The position numbers were made by a program, and so were the translations under genes. Below are positions 48,270 through 58,123 of a DNA stretch of 64,000 bases, piece by piece. The notes below the pieces were generated by a model. The model made no database searches, was not told the origin of the DNA, and saw only the letters and a list, made by a program, of their open reading frames with translations. The stretch comes from an uncultured virus (IMG/VR IMGVR_UViG_3300042386_000720) (Duplodnaviria; Heunggongvirae; Uroviricota; Caudoviricetes), in the IMG/VR virus record IMGVR_UViG_3300042386_000720, positions 1 through 64,000 of that record; one strand, 5' to 3'. The number at the start of each line of letters is the position of its first letter. Within the stretch, counting starts at the first letter, position 1.

Positions 48270-49922
48270 ATGAAAAAACTACTCTCTCTTAGCTTTTTTT
48301 TATTGATCGCCTTTACATCATTCGGTCAATTAACAATTAGTCAATCAATAACACCAACTACTGGATTAAAAGTAGGAGACACACTAACGGTTAAATATAA
48401 CTTAACAAAAGGTACTGTAATTAAAAACCCTCGTTATCTTTGGTTTAGATATCAATTTAATAATAAGGCATTATCATATGTGTCAACCGCATTTAACCAA
48501 GGCACGTCTGCCCAAACATTTTACACTGGATGGAGTAACTATAAGTTTACACCAAACAGCACTACGAGTGATAATAATTTAGATCTTCAATATGGTTTAA
48601 CTCCTTGGGGTTATGCGGTAAATGCTGATTGGAATGTTGGACAATTAACCGTTCAAAGAGCTGATGCATCTATTAGTGGTTTAATTGCGACTCAAAAATA
48701 TGTTTTAAAAGACCAAAATACATATAACAATATTTTCAAAATAGATTTGGCAACGGGTACCGACACTGCCGGTGCAAATGTTGGGACTATCTTTGGTGGT
48801 GGTTGGTCATCTGTAAGTAATGTTGTTGGTAACACGTCACAATTCAAAGTAAAAGTATTATATCCACAAGGATATACTATTACCGACCATAATGTTCAAT
48901 TGATGAAATTGAAATCAAATGGTAGTGGTGAAATTGATTGGTCACAACAACCTATTGCACAATTACCATTGGATGCAAGTGGTGAAGCGTTATTCACAAC
49001 ACAAGTTAAAGTGGGTGATTCAGTTGGGGTATTCGTTGGACCCGCGTTTCAAAAAACTTGGATGAACAACATTGTAACCGTATCAGATGCCTATAAAGCA
49101 TTCTTAGGACACTCACAAACTGATATTAGTGGTACCGCGAACTTCTTTACTCTACCAGCATTGGAAAAGAAAGTTGGTAAGGTAACCAATAACCAAAACG
49201 CGTTTGGTGAAGGAGATTCATACGCATTATTTGCACATGTAATGGGACAAAATACTGACTCAAACGCAATGATTCCAACAAACACATCAACATCAGTAAG
49301 ATGGTATAGTGGTTTATTGAATCAAAGTTGGTTAGATGGTGTGGTTAAGAATAGAGTATTAATTGATTCACCTACAAAAGAGGTTTATGCTGTATTTGCG
49401 TGGGGTGGAGACTTAAACTGGTCACATTCATCCGACCCAGCGGTAATTGCAACTAAAATAACTGCAGGTCAATTTACAAATTCTGTAAATGATAAAGCAA
49501 CTAGTTCTATAAAATCTATGAGTACTGCCCCGATGGCTTATCAAACTTTAGCAGTGGAAAAGGCAACATTAGGTATTACATCAACATTAGAGGGTGGTAA
49601 GGTTGTATTAACCACTACATTAACAAAGACAGAATTAGCAGGTTTACAAGTAATAATGAATTATGATGAGTCTAAATTAACTTTGGATAATATCATATTT
49701 GATTCAGGTTCAACTATCACAAACTTTTCTACACATAAAGATGGTAGATTAACGTTTGGTTCTATTGACCAATTGAAAAGTGCGAGAATTAAAGTAGGTA
49801 CTCCATATAAATTAATATTCACACCAAAAACTACTTTAACAAATACTGCGGGTTTATTCTACTTTGTTTTATCGGATGCTGTTGACGCGAAAGGAAATAA
49901 AGTTGATTTAACCATTGAGTAA
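48270..49922 (+). CDS. Secreted cohesin/dockerin-like protein
   Basis: Signal peptide; IVTVSDAY...GDSY; C-terminal AGLQV.MNYD.SKL cohesin-like domain. Confidence 0.7.
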   Translation: MKKLLSLSFFLLIAFTSFGQLTISQSITPTTGLKVGDTLTVKYNLTKGTVIKNPRYLWFRYQFNNKALSYVSTAFNQGTSAQTFYTGWSNYKFTPNSTTSDNNLDLQYGLTPWGYAVNADWNVGQLTVQRADASISGLIATQKYVLKDQNTYNNIFKIDLATGTDTAGANVGTIFGGGWSSVSNVVGNTSQFKVKVLYPQGYTITDHNVQLMKLKSNGSGEIDWSQQPIAQLPLDASGEALFTTQVKVGDSVGVFVGPAFQKTWMNNIVTVSDAYKAFLGHSQTDISGTANFFTLPALEKKVGKVTNNQNAFGEGDSYALFAHVMGQNTDSNAMIPTNTSTSVRWYSGLLNQSWLDGVVKNRVLIDSPTKEVYAVFAWGGDLNWSHSSDPAVIATKITAGQFTNSVNDKATSSIKSMSTAPMAYQTLAVEKATLGITSTLEGGKVVLTTTLTKTELAGLQVIMNYDESKLTLDNIIFDSGSTITNFSTHKDGRLTFGSIDQLKSARIKVGTPYKLIFTPKTTLTNTAGLFYFVLSDAVDAKGNKVDLTIE

Positions 49923-49923
49923 T

Positions 49924-52212
49924 ATGAAGAAACTATTAGTAATATGTTTTTTACTAATTTCATTTTTAGGGTTCGGACAGAGTGTATCTGCTCCGGACTC
50001 TAAATCATTTTTACCATCTACATCTGGACAAGATGCAAGTGGATTTGTATTGAGTGGGTTCGGTTCAACCGCAACTTTATTAGCATCAATTAGTTTAGTT
50101 AATCCACCAACGGGTACAACATTTAACCTAACTACAACAACAGGTTTAACCGCAGCAAGTGGATTTACTTTAAGCGGTAATAAAACTCGTTTGGTGGTAA
50201 CGGGAACAATGGCGAATATCAATACTGCTTTAGCATCTCTAAAAGTAAATACAGGTTCGGTAAGAGGTAATGTTGCATTATCCGTGGCTGCAACAGTCAA
50301 TCCAACAGGATATTTTTATAACGGAACAAATGGACACTTTTATAGACCAATATCAACCGGAGCAACTTATACAAATGCTAAAACACTATCATCACAACAA
50401 ACATTCAAAGGACAACAAGGATATTTAGTAACAATTACTTCAGCGGATGAAGATGCTTTTATTTTTAACAATGTACCTCAAACAAATATATGGTTCGCAT
50501 TATCCGATGCTGCAAGTGAAGCTAGATGGACAATTGATGCAGGTCCTGAAGCTGGAACTTTAATTAAAATAAATAACGGACAACTAAACGGAAATATTCC
50601 CGGTCAATATAATAACTGGGCACCTGGTGAACCAAACGATAGTGGTAACGAAGATTATGCAGTAACCAAATGGAATGGTTCTCAATGGAATGATTTACCA
50701 AACCATTTTGCAAATCCTTATGTGGTTGAATTTGGAACTTGGACTAATCCTGATGATGCAACGTTCACAGAGTTTTATACCAATTCAGTAACTCACTCAA
50801 ATGGTGAAGTTCTAACTGCTAGATTTAATTTTGATTTTGGTAGTAACGTGGATGAGACCAAATTCTCAGCAAAGGCAAACAGATATGTAAATAATGTATG
50901 GAGTACAACAACCAACACATCAAGAGCAATAAGTGGATTAGGTAAAGTTGATATTACAAATGATTTAGATACCGCAAAGGTAAGTGGTGTTGGGGTTAAA
51001 GCAACTACAACCGCCGGACAAGTTGAATGGGCAATAATAAATCCATATGATGCAAATTTAGGTGGACACCAATTGTTAATAGATGAAAGAGAATTTGATG
51101 GAACGGGAGTATCCCCAAACAATGTAACATCGGTTAAATTATTTGACATATATGATGGACCGGTTACCATTAATAATGTAAGTGGATTTTGGAAAACGTA
51201 TATAATGCCAGGTAATTTGACAACCAAAATAACTTCATCCACATTTCAATCTCAATTACGATTACAAGATGGGTGGTACGGAACAAAGGCAGAATTTACA
51301 TTCTCACCAATTCAAAGTTATAAACAACACGGAATCGATTTATCATATACCAACCAAACTGATTTAAACACTCTATATAATAGTATTGTAACGGTATCGG
51401 ATGTGTTTATCGCATTTAAAGAATTATCAAATGGTGGTATATTTGGAAATGAGAGTGGGTTGGAATTTACATCGGGGATTCAATATATGAACGCAGATGT
51501 GGATGGTAATGGTATATTTAATGAAGCAGATACATACAAATTATTACAACATTTGACAGGAGCCGCACCACTAACACAATACTCGGTATTAACCTATTTG
51601 ATTAAGTTATATAGTAAGTCAGAATATGATGCGGTAACAAAATCTAATTGGAGTACACAATTTAACTCTACCAGAAGTTTATTCCCTTTTAGTTTGAATA
51701 CGAGTACACTTAATAATACTTACAATGTGAACGCAACTTGGGTAGGTGATGTAAATCTATCACATTCGGCACAACAAAGTGTAAGTGGTGTTACAAGTAA
51801 TTCAATTAGAACTATGAGTTTAAATACCAATTCAGTACCAAACGAAATAAATGCATATTTGATGGGTGAAAACATTGGTGGTAAATTAGTAGTAACGATT
51901 TCGGTAGACCCATTACAACAAGAGGTAGTTGGTACTCAATTTAACTTGAACTATGATAACACATCATTGAAATTTGAAAAAGTAGAATTCACCACAAAGG
52001 GAACTCCTACCAATTTTGGAACTAATAGAGGTTCATCAATAACATTAGGTTCATTGATTACCGATGGTTCAACATTATTGGATAAAACAACAGAATATAA
52101 AATAACATTTTTACCATTAATAGGACTGAGTGGTACTTTGGGTTTAACTTCAATATCAACAACCGATGCAGTTAATAAAAATGGAACACAATTAAAAGTA
52201 AAAATGAACTAA
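49924..52212 (+). CDS. Secreted C-type-lectin + dockerin-like + cohesin-like protein
   Basis: GHFY...A......GYLVTITS..E, YNNWAPGEPN...WND; ADVDGNGIFNEADTY; GTQFNLNYD. Confidence 0.8.
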   Translation: MKKLLVICFLLISFLGFGQSVSAPDSKSFLPSTSGQDASGFVLSGFGSTATLLASISLVNPPTGTTFNLTTTTGLTAASGFTLSGNKTRLVVTGTMANINTALASLKVNTGSVRGNVALSVAATVNPTGYFYNGTNGHFYRPISTGATYTNAKTLSSQQTFKGQQGYLVTITSADEDAFIFNNVPQTNIWFALSDAASEARWTIDAGPEAGTLIKINNGQLNGNIPGQYNNWAPGEPNDSGNEDYAVTKWNGSQWNDLPNHFANPYVVEFGTWTNPDDATFTEFYTNSVTHSNGEVLTARFNFDFGSNVDETKFSAKANRYVNNVWSTTTNTSRAISGLGKVDITNDLDTAKVSGVGVKATTTAGQVEWAIINPYDANLGGHQLLIDEREFDGTGVSPNNVTSVKLFDIYDGPVTINNVSGFWKTYIMPGNLTTKITSSTFQSQLRLQDGWYGTKAEFTFSPIQSYKQHGIDLSYTNQTDLNTLYNSIVTVSDVFIAFKELSNGGIFGNESGLEFTSGIQYMNADVDGNGIFNEADTYKLLQHLTGAAPLTQYSVLTYLIKLYSKSEYDAVTKSNWSTQFNSTRSLFPFSLNTSTLNNTYNVNATWVGDVNLSHSAQQSVSGVTSNSIRTMSLNTNSVPNEINAYLMGENIGGKLVVTISVDPLQQEVVGTQFNLNYDNTSLKFEKVEFTTKGTPTNFGTNRGSSITLGSLITDGSTLLDKTTEYKITFLPLIGLSGTLGLTSISTTDAVNKNGTQLKVKMN

Positions 52213-53105
52213 TGAAAAAACTATTATTAATCATATCGTTAGTTTTAATTGGATTTGTGTCAAACGCACAAATACCTGCACCCGATACATTACAACTATC
52301 ACCAAAAGAATTATTTGGAGAAAGTGATGATTGGAACGATGTGGGTATATTGCAATCATATGTTAATTTTTCAAAAGATGTACTTTCATCTTCAAACTTA
52401 TCAGTTGGTATAATTGGAAGACAGGTATCTACTACTCTTAATTTGGGGTATCATAAATCATCTATGAATGGACAATGGGGACATACATTCGCAACATCAA
52501 TAAACCCTATATGGAATTATTATGGTGTGGGTTATGGACTTAGTAAAAATACCGAAAAGAGAACTACAACAATACAAACATTTTTTTCAACCGATTTTGA
52601 TTTCCAAAAAGATATTACATTATCATTTATAGATGTATTCAGAACTAAAAAGTTTGGAACATTTGGTTATAGTTTAACTGCGTCAAAATCATTTTGGGGA
52701 ACTTATCAGGGTGAATGGGAAGGAAAATATACGGTAGATGAAAATGGTGATTTTAAAGATTTAATATATCCACAAATGCCATCATCATCCGAACTTACTT
52801 ATAGAGGTATGGTGATGTACACGTATACATTGAAAACGAAGAGGGTAAACATTTCACCACAAATATTTGCTATGAGTGATGTATATAAAGTATTTAAAGA
52901 TGGTACTGAATCGGATTTGACATATATAGATGATTTCAATTTGGACTTATATTATGGAACATCTATTGATTGGAAAATAACTAAAAGATTTGTGTTAAAT
53001 ACTAATATCAGATATAACACAACTTGGGATAAATTATCAGAATCAGTTGGTTATAAAAAAAGTAATCCAATAATGTTTATGATAGGAACAAACTTTCAAT
53101 TTTAA
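52212..53105 (+). CDS. Outer-membrane beta-barrel-like protein
   Basis: Signal peptide, amphipathic strands, C-terminal GTNFQF. Confidence 0.7.
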   Translation: MKKLLLIISLVLIGFVSNAQIPAPDTLQLSPKELFGESDDWNDVGILQSYVNFSKDVLSSSNLSVGIIGRQVSTTLNLGYHKSSMNGQWGHTFATSINPIWNYYGVGYGLSKNTEKRTTTIQTFFSTDFDFQKDITLSFIDVFRTKKFGTFGYSLTASKSFWGTYQGEWEGKYTVDENGDFKDLIYPQMPSSSELTYRGMVMYTYTLKTKRVNISPQIFAMSDVYKVFKDGTESDLTYIDDFNLDLYYGTSIDWKITKRFVLNTNIRYNTTWDKLSESVGYKKSNPIMFMIGTNFQF

Positions 53106-53449
53106 TGAAAAAATTAATATTAATATCATTTATTTTATTAACGGGATGTGTTAAACCCGAATTACCGATGCCCGAGGTGGTTGCGAAAGATAATATCTTT
53201 AATGTAACAGAAAGTAAGGTAACAAACGGACAATCTATCTATTTTGATTTACCCTCCGCAGGTACGTATACATTGACCTTAATAGATGTGACAACAAATC
53301 AAGTTATTAGTCGAGAAAAATTTATTGGACAAAATGGTGAAAATGTGAAGAAGATTTATACCAATTCCCTACCTAAAGGATATTTATATTTAGTACTTAA
53401 AGGTGTGGATGGAAATGAATTGAAAAAAACAAAAATAATAGTAAATTAA
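53105..53449 (+). CDS. Lipoprotein with T9SS-CTD/Ig-like domain
   Basis: Lipobox LTGC; L.D...Q...G.N...IYT..LPKG..YL.L. Confidence 0.7.
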   Translation: MKKLILISFILLTGCVKPELPMPEVVAKDNIFNVTESKVTNGQSIYFDLPSAGTYTLTLIDVTTNQVISREKFIGQNGENVKKIYTNSLPKGYLYLVLKGVDGNELKKTKIIVN

Positions 53450-53451
53450 AA

Positions 53452-53832
53452 ATGACAAAAATGAAAAAAATTCTCTCAATGGTGTTATTATCCACAATTT
53501 TAACAGGATGTTACAAAGATGACATTTTACCAGCCCCTCAATCGATATCGGAAGATCTTAAAATGACAAATTCAGTCGGTATTAAATTACAAACTGTTTT
53601 TGTAACCTCTGAGGTGGCAATGAATGTTAAAACCGAAACTGCGGGTTCAGTGACGGTTAAAATATTCGACATTTCAAACAGAGTAGTATCTAAAGAAACG
53701 ATGAATGTAGTTGCCGGTGATAATCTTTTAAAGGTATACACTAACGCGTTACCATCATCAGCATATAGAATAGGGTTATTCGATTCTAACAATAAACAAT
53801 TAGGAATAACAGATTTCAATAAAATACAATAA
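53452..53832 (+). CDS. Lipoprotein with T9SS-CTD-like domain (paralog of the previous gene)
   Basis: Lipobox LTGC; VKIFDISNRVV...GDN...YT.ALPSSAY. Confidence 0.7.
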   Translation: MTKMKKILSMVLLSTILTGCYKDDILPAPQSISEDLKMTNSVGIKLQTVFVTSEVAMNVKTETAGSVTVKIFDISNRVVSKETMNVVAGDNLLKVYTNALPSSAYRIGLFDSNNKQLGITDFNKIQ

Positions 53833-53849
53833 ATTAAAAAACAAAAATT

Positions 53850-54569
53850 ATGGCAGACAGAAACGGAGACGGAGTTGTTTATCATCGCTCGGATTGTGGT
53901 GATAACTATGTAAGATGGTATGGATTCGGAGGAGATGGACCTTGTTCGGCGTGTGATACGTGGGGATTAACCAATAAAGCAATAAGATACATTCACGACC
54001 ATCCTGAAATAAATCATAGAGTTGAAGATGTGGTAGGTAGAGAATGGGAAGAAGAAGTTATGCCGGTACTTATTAATGTTGGAAATCAAATAGAATCTGG
54101 TGTTAAAGAGGGATATGAAGTGGTAAAAGATGGTGCTGTGATGGCATATAACTGGGCGGACGAAAACGCTTGTAATATAGCAATAACCGCACTAATCTCT
54201 GCCGGTGTTGTTGCGGCATTTACACCAGCGCAACCTGCTGGAGCGGCAACTTCAACTACATTATCGTTGATGGCTACGCCTGTTCTTTACATTGCAGATA
54301 CGGCAGCTAAAATGGCGGTATCAACGGCAATGGGTGTAATAGTGGCAGATGGATTTTTATCAATACCTGGTGTTGGTGAAAATATTGATTCAGAATTATT
54401 AAGAAACGTATGTTCAAATTGTATCTATCATAGTTTAGATTCGGCGGCATTATGGGCTACCCCTGCTGGAGTTGGTATTGCAATCGGAACTGCAGTAGCA
54501 CCTATTATAGCAGATTTGATATGTACTAGAACTTGTCCTAATGGATTCAGTAAAGCATTGGGTGCGTAA
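53850..54569 (+). CDS. Cys-containing protein with hydrophobic helical C-half
   Basis: 239-aa ORF. Confidence 0.75.
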   Translation: MADRNGDGVVYHRSDCGDNYVRWYGFGGDGPCSACDTWGLTNKAIRYIHDHPEINHRVEDVVGREWEEEVMPVLINVGNQIESGVKEGYEVVKDGAVMAYNWADENACNIAITALISAGVVAAFTPAQPAGAATSTTLSLMATPVLYIADTAAKMAVSTAMGVIVADGFLSIPGVGENIDSELLRNVCSNCIYHSLDSAALWATPAGVGIAIGTAVAPIIADLICTRTCPNGFSKALGA

Positions 54570-54607
54570 TATTAATAAAATAAACTAAAAAACTAAAAAC
54601 AAATACA

Positions 54608-54919
54608 ATGTCAGAAGAAGTAGAACAATCAGAAGGAACTTGGTCGGGTTTAAAAAAGACAATAATTGGGGTTGCAGGAACATTAGTGACCGCGGCGGGA
54701 GTATGGTTATCAACACTTTTAGGTGGTGGTGATAAAGCAGAACCGGCACCACAACAAGCGGCACCAGTAATAAACATTACAAATTCACAAACTCAACAAC
54801 AATCGGCGGGTGGTGGTAAGACTGTAATTATTAAAGAAAAAGAAACAGTTAAAGAAAAACCAGCTCCTGTAAAAAAGAAAGAAGGTGATGAGTTTAAAGA
54901 AGAGGCTCCTAAATGGTAA
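54608..54919 (+). CDS. Single-TM protein
   Basis: TM helix plus low-complexity tail. Confidence 0.8.
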   Translation: MSEEVEQSEGTWSGLKKTIIGVAGTLVTAAGVWLSTLLGGGDKAEPAPQQAAPVINITNSQTQQQSAGGGKTVIIKEKETVKEKPAPVKKKEGDEFKEEAPKW

Positions 54920-54928
54920 AAATTTAAA

Positions 54929-55084
54929 ATGGAACAGGGATTAAGTTTTATAGCGGTAATCGTATTATGTATGATAGCTATGTTTGTATTTAATTCCCAA
55001 TCGATGTTTTTAACATTTTTTATTGGGGGTTGTAGTTATTTATTAATAAGAGGTAGAAAAAAGGGATGGTCTTGGAAAAGATAA
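54929..55084 (+). CDS. Small membrane protein (51 aa)
   Basis: MEQGLSFIAVIVLC...; fills the gap between neighbours. Confidence 0.55.
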   Translation: MEQGLSFIAVIVLCMIAMFVFNSQSMFLTFFIGGCSYLLIRGRKKGWSWKR

Positions 55085-55098
55085 AAAATAATAATAAT

Positions 55099-55344
55099 AT
55101 GAATAATATAAAATACTACATACTAAGATATTGGGTTTCTATAATTTTTTTAGGATTAGCGATCTATTTTTACGAACCAATACAATCAATAACACATTGT
55201 TCACCAAACACATTAAGTAGTGATACTCCTAAAACCATTTTGGGTTTGGGTGAAATGACTTTAATGTGGATACTAATGGCAATAGCTCACGGTGCTAATT
55301 CCTGTTATTGTGATATAAAATCTCTTTTAAAAAAAAATAAATAA
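55099..55344 (+). CDS. Small membrane protein
   Basis: MNNIKYYIL..., two hydrophobic segments. Confidence 0.6.
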   Translation: MNNIKYYILRYWVSIIFLGLAIYFYEPIQSITHCSPNTLSSDTPKTILGLGEMTLMWILMAIAHGANSCYCDIKSLLKKNK

Positions 55345-55346
55345 AA

Positions 55347-55976
55347 ATGGCAGAAAACAAACAACCACCAAGTGGTTTTAAAGATTTATTAAGTAATATG
55401 ATGGCCAGAAGATGGTACATCACCGCATTGGTATTGGGTGGATTCATGTTTATTATAGGAGGAATGTTCTTTGCTATATTAAATAAATCAGCAATAGAAG
55501 GAGAATGGAAAGAACTTCTTCTATTATTGTTAGGAGCTTTCATCGGTTCTTATGGTAAAATAATTGACTATTGGTTTAGTGATACCGATAAGGATAAGAT
55601 GTTAGTTCAGAAAATGGATGAAGAAGATGGCACATCATTAAGCAATACCGCCGATTTACCACCAACTCCACCAAACAACACTCCAATCATACCAGAGGAG
55701 TTTCAAACCGCTATTGAAAACTCAAAAATAGAAAAGGTAAATGATACGTTTGAACAAGTACCAACCGTTCAACCAAGAACTGGTGTTGAAGTTGATGAAG
55801 ATGGTGATGGTACAATGGATGGTATAGATTTTGATGGTGATGGTAAAATTGATATGTATTTTGCACATAGACAATGTGAACACGTTTGGGGTGACTTGGA
55901 TGGTGACGGAATCGAGGAATGTTTAAAGTGTGGTAAAATAAAAGATGAAAATGCAGAAATGCATATGGAAGGATAA
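55347..55976 (+). CDS. Two-TM protein with DxDxDG Ca-binding loops
   Basis: IIDYWFS; DEDGDGTMD, DFDGDGKID, DLDGDG. Confidence 0.8.
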   Translation: MAENKQPPSGFKDLLSNMMARRWYITALVLGGFMFIIGGMFFAILNKSAIEGEWKELLLLLLGAFIGSYGKIIDYWFSDTDKDKMLVQKMDEEDGTSLSNTADLPPTPPNNTPIIPEEFQTAIENSKIEKVNDTFEQVPTVQPRTGVEVDEDGDGTMDGIDFDGDGKIDMYFAHRQCEHVWGDLDGDGIEECLKCGKIKDENAEMHMEG

Positions 55977-56001
55977 TAAATAAAATTAAAACAAGACAAA
56001 A

Positions 56002-56250
56002 ATGAATTTTAAACAATGGGTAATCGAACTCTTCAAAGATGAAAGAGGTTCAATATCGGTAAAACCGGTAATAGCAATGATAGGTGCTTTATTCCTATGT
56101 ATAACGATGATTTTAAATTCGTTCTCTCATGCGGATTTTGCCCCGTCACCTGAATTGGTGAATGCAGTGATGTTAATCACGGGAATTGGAATGGGTGCTG
56201 ACACTTTGGATAAGTTCTCTCACAAAAAGAAAGATGAGATGGAAGGTTAA
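56002..56250 (+). CDS. Two-TM holin-like protein
   Basis: FKDERGSIS.K followed by two TMs. Confidence 0.65.
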   Translation: MNFKQWVIELFKDERGSISVKPVIAMIGALFLCITMILNSFSHADFAPSPELVNAVMLITGIGMGADTLDKFSHKKKDEMEG

Positions 56251-56310
56251 TATTAAGGAGGGATAAAACCCTCCTTTTTAATAAAAATTTATTTAAAAAA
56301 TTAATTAAAA

Positions 56311-56478
56311 ATGGAAGAAAATAATGAAATTGTTACTGTTATTGAAGAAATAATTACGGAACCTGAAATTGTTTCAGTTGTTGAGGAAGTTATTCCTGAA
56401 CCGGAAATTGTTGTTGTAGAAGAAATTATAAATAACACACCTAAAAGAAAATCCCACCCAAAAAATTGGAAGGGTTAA
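56311..56478 (+). CDS. Small acidic protein (55 aa)
   Basis: MEENNEIVTVIEE with EPEIV repeats. Confidence 0.55.
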   Translation: MEENNEIVTVIEEIITEPEIVSVVEEVIPEPEIVVVEEIINNTPKRKSHPKNWKG

Positions 56479-56488
56479 GATAAAATGT

Positions 56489-57211
56489 ATGAAAAAATTA
56501 TTAACATTATTAAGCGTTTTTTTACTAAGCGTTGTTGTTGTTAACGGACAAACAATAGGTAAAACTAAAACAGAAGACTACAAGGCGGACTTCGAAAAGA
56601 AAAGAGATATTAGTGATTATATGGATTACGACGGTCCACAAATTCCAATTCAAATATTAAAGGCAGGAATTTCTGATGAGATGTATGAAATGTATCCTGA
56701 ACTAAAAGAAAAACGTGTTGGTTTGGGGGTTGCTAATATTTCAATGGAATATCTTGAAAACTTAAACAGATTCAAATTTACTGAGGATAAAACAGAAATT
56801 AAGAATCGTATGGTAAAGCAATTCCAAGCATCCCAATCTGGTATTTCCGAGAATAAATTAGATGGTCGTGGTAAAATAAATTTGGCAAAGTATTTTGTCA
56901 CTATTGAGTGTTATGATTACTCGGTGTCGGAAGATGAAACCATCAACCTTAAAAATGGTATACAAGACAATATGGTGACTCGTATAGGTCTTCAGGTTAG
57001 ATTTACAGATGCTGAAACAGGTGTTGTATTTGGTGGATCGGGTTTAGGTGAGGCAACCACAAAAAGAGAGTTAACCCTTTTATCTGATGCAACTGTAGAC
57101 CCAATAAAATTTAATCAATCAACAATTTCCATAGCAACTAAAAAGGCTTTAGATATTGCATGTGCTAACATCCTTGATAGAATGATTAAAAAAGGAATAT
57201 TCACAAAATAG
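56489..57211 (+). CDS. CsgG/HfaB-family-like protein
   Basis: Signal peptide; GLGVANI..E.L...RF, A.YFV....YD, RFTDAETG. Confidence 0.7.
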   Translation: MKKLLTLLSVFLLSVVVVNGQTIGKTKTEDYKADFEKKRDISDYMDYDGPQIPIQILKAGISDEMYEMYPELKEKRVGLGVANISMEYLENLNRFKFTEDKTEIKNRMVKQFQASQSGISENKLDGRGKINLAKYFVTIECYDYSVSEDETINLKNGIQDNMVTRIGLQVRFTDAETGVVFGGSGLGEATTKRELTLLSDATVDPIKFNQSTISIATKKALDIACANILDRMIKKGIFTK

Positions 57212-57288
57212 TTTAATTACATTAAGAATTATTTAAAAGGAGGTGTAATAACCTCCTTTTTTTATATTTATAATAAAAGAATAACCAT

Positions 57289-58122
57289 ATGAAAACGTTA
57301 TTAATATTATTATTACTTATCCCAACTATCGTGTTAGGACAAGTCTCATCATGGAGAAGTAATCCACCTACACCTCAAAGGTCAACACCATCAATACAAC
57401 CACCAACTCCACAAAGAAATGATGTTAGTAATTGGAGAAATCAACCACCATCAAATGGATATGATAGACCTCTAAGAACAAGACCAGGTTCAAACATAAT
57501 TGTAAGAGACCCATGGTTAATGAATAATTTTGGATGGGGATGGAATAGATGGGATATGTGGGGAGCACCTGCATTTGGTTGGAACTTTTGGAACCCAGGC
57601 TTTTACTTAAACGATTGGGGTTATAGACAACCTGCAAGAGTGTATGTTTATGATAATGGAAAATTGGACACCATTAAAGGTAAGAGACCAATCGTCAGCT
57701 TTGGTATTCAGAAAACAGGTGGTAATCAGATTGGTGGATTTTTTACAATAGGGACTAAAGCATATTTTATTGCTGAATATAACTCAACATTTGAAAGAGA
57801 TAATTCAACATTCTTTCCTTATGGTAATATAACACAAGTCGATTTTCCAATGGTAAGTGATTTGATAGAACAAAGAAATTTCTATGTTGGTGTTGGTAAG
57901 AGGATTAAAAGAACGGGTATTCACCTTATGATTGGTAGTGTGACGGAAGATGTGAAGTGGAGAGGTAAAGATGATATTGGATATATTACTTTCCCAAAAT
58001 ATAAAGATAGATTCGCAACTGTTAAAGTTGGAATATTACACGATTTCAAAAATATAACAATAAAGTATGACTATGACCCGGTAATTCGTAACGGTACCTT
58101 TGGTTTAGGTATCAATTTTTAA
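57289..58122 (+). CDS. Secreted protein, Pro/Trp-rich N-region + beta-barrel
   Basis: Signal peptide; ends FGLGINF. Confidence 0.75.
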   Translation: MKTLLILLLLIPTIVLGQVSSWRSNPPTPQRSTPSIQPPTPQRNDVSNWRNQPPSNGYDRPLRTRPGSNIIVRDPWLMNNFGWGWNRWDMWGAPAFGWNFWNPGFYLNDWGYRQPARVYVYDNGKLDTIKGKRPIVSFGIQKTGGNQIGGFFTIGTKAYFIAEYNSTFERDNSTFFPYGNITQVDFPMVSDLIEQRNFYVGVGKRIKRTGIHLMIGSVTEDVKWRGKDDIGYITFPKYKDRFATVKVGILHDFKNITIKYDYDPVIRNGTFGLGINF

Positions 58123-58123
58123 A

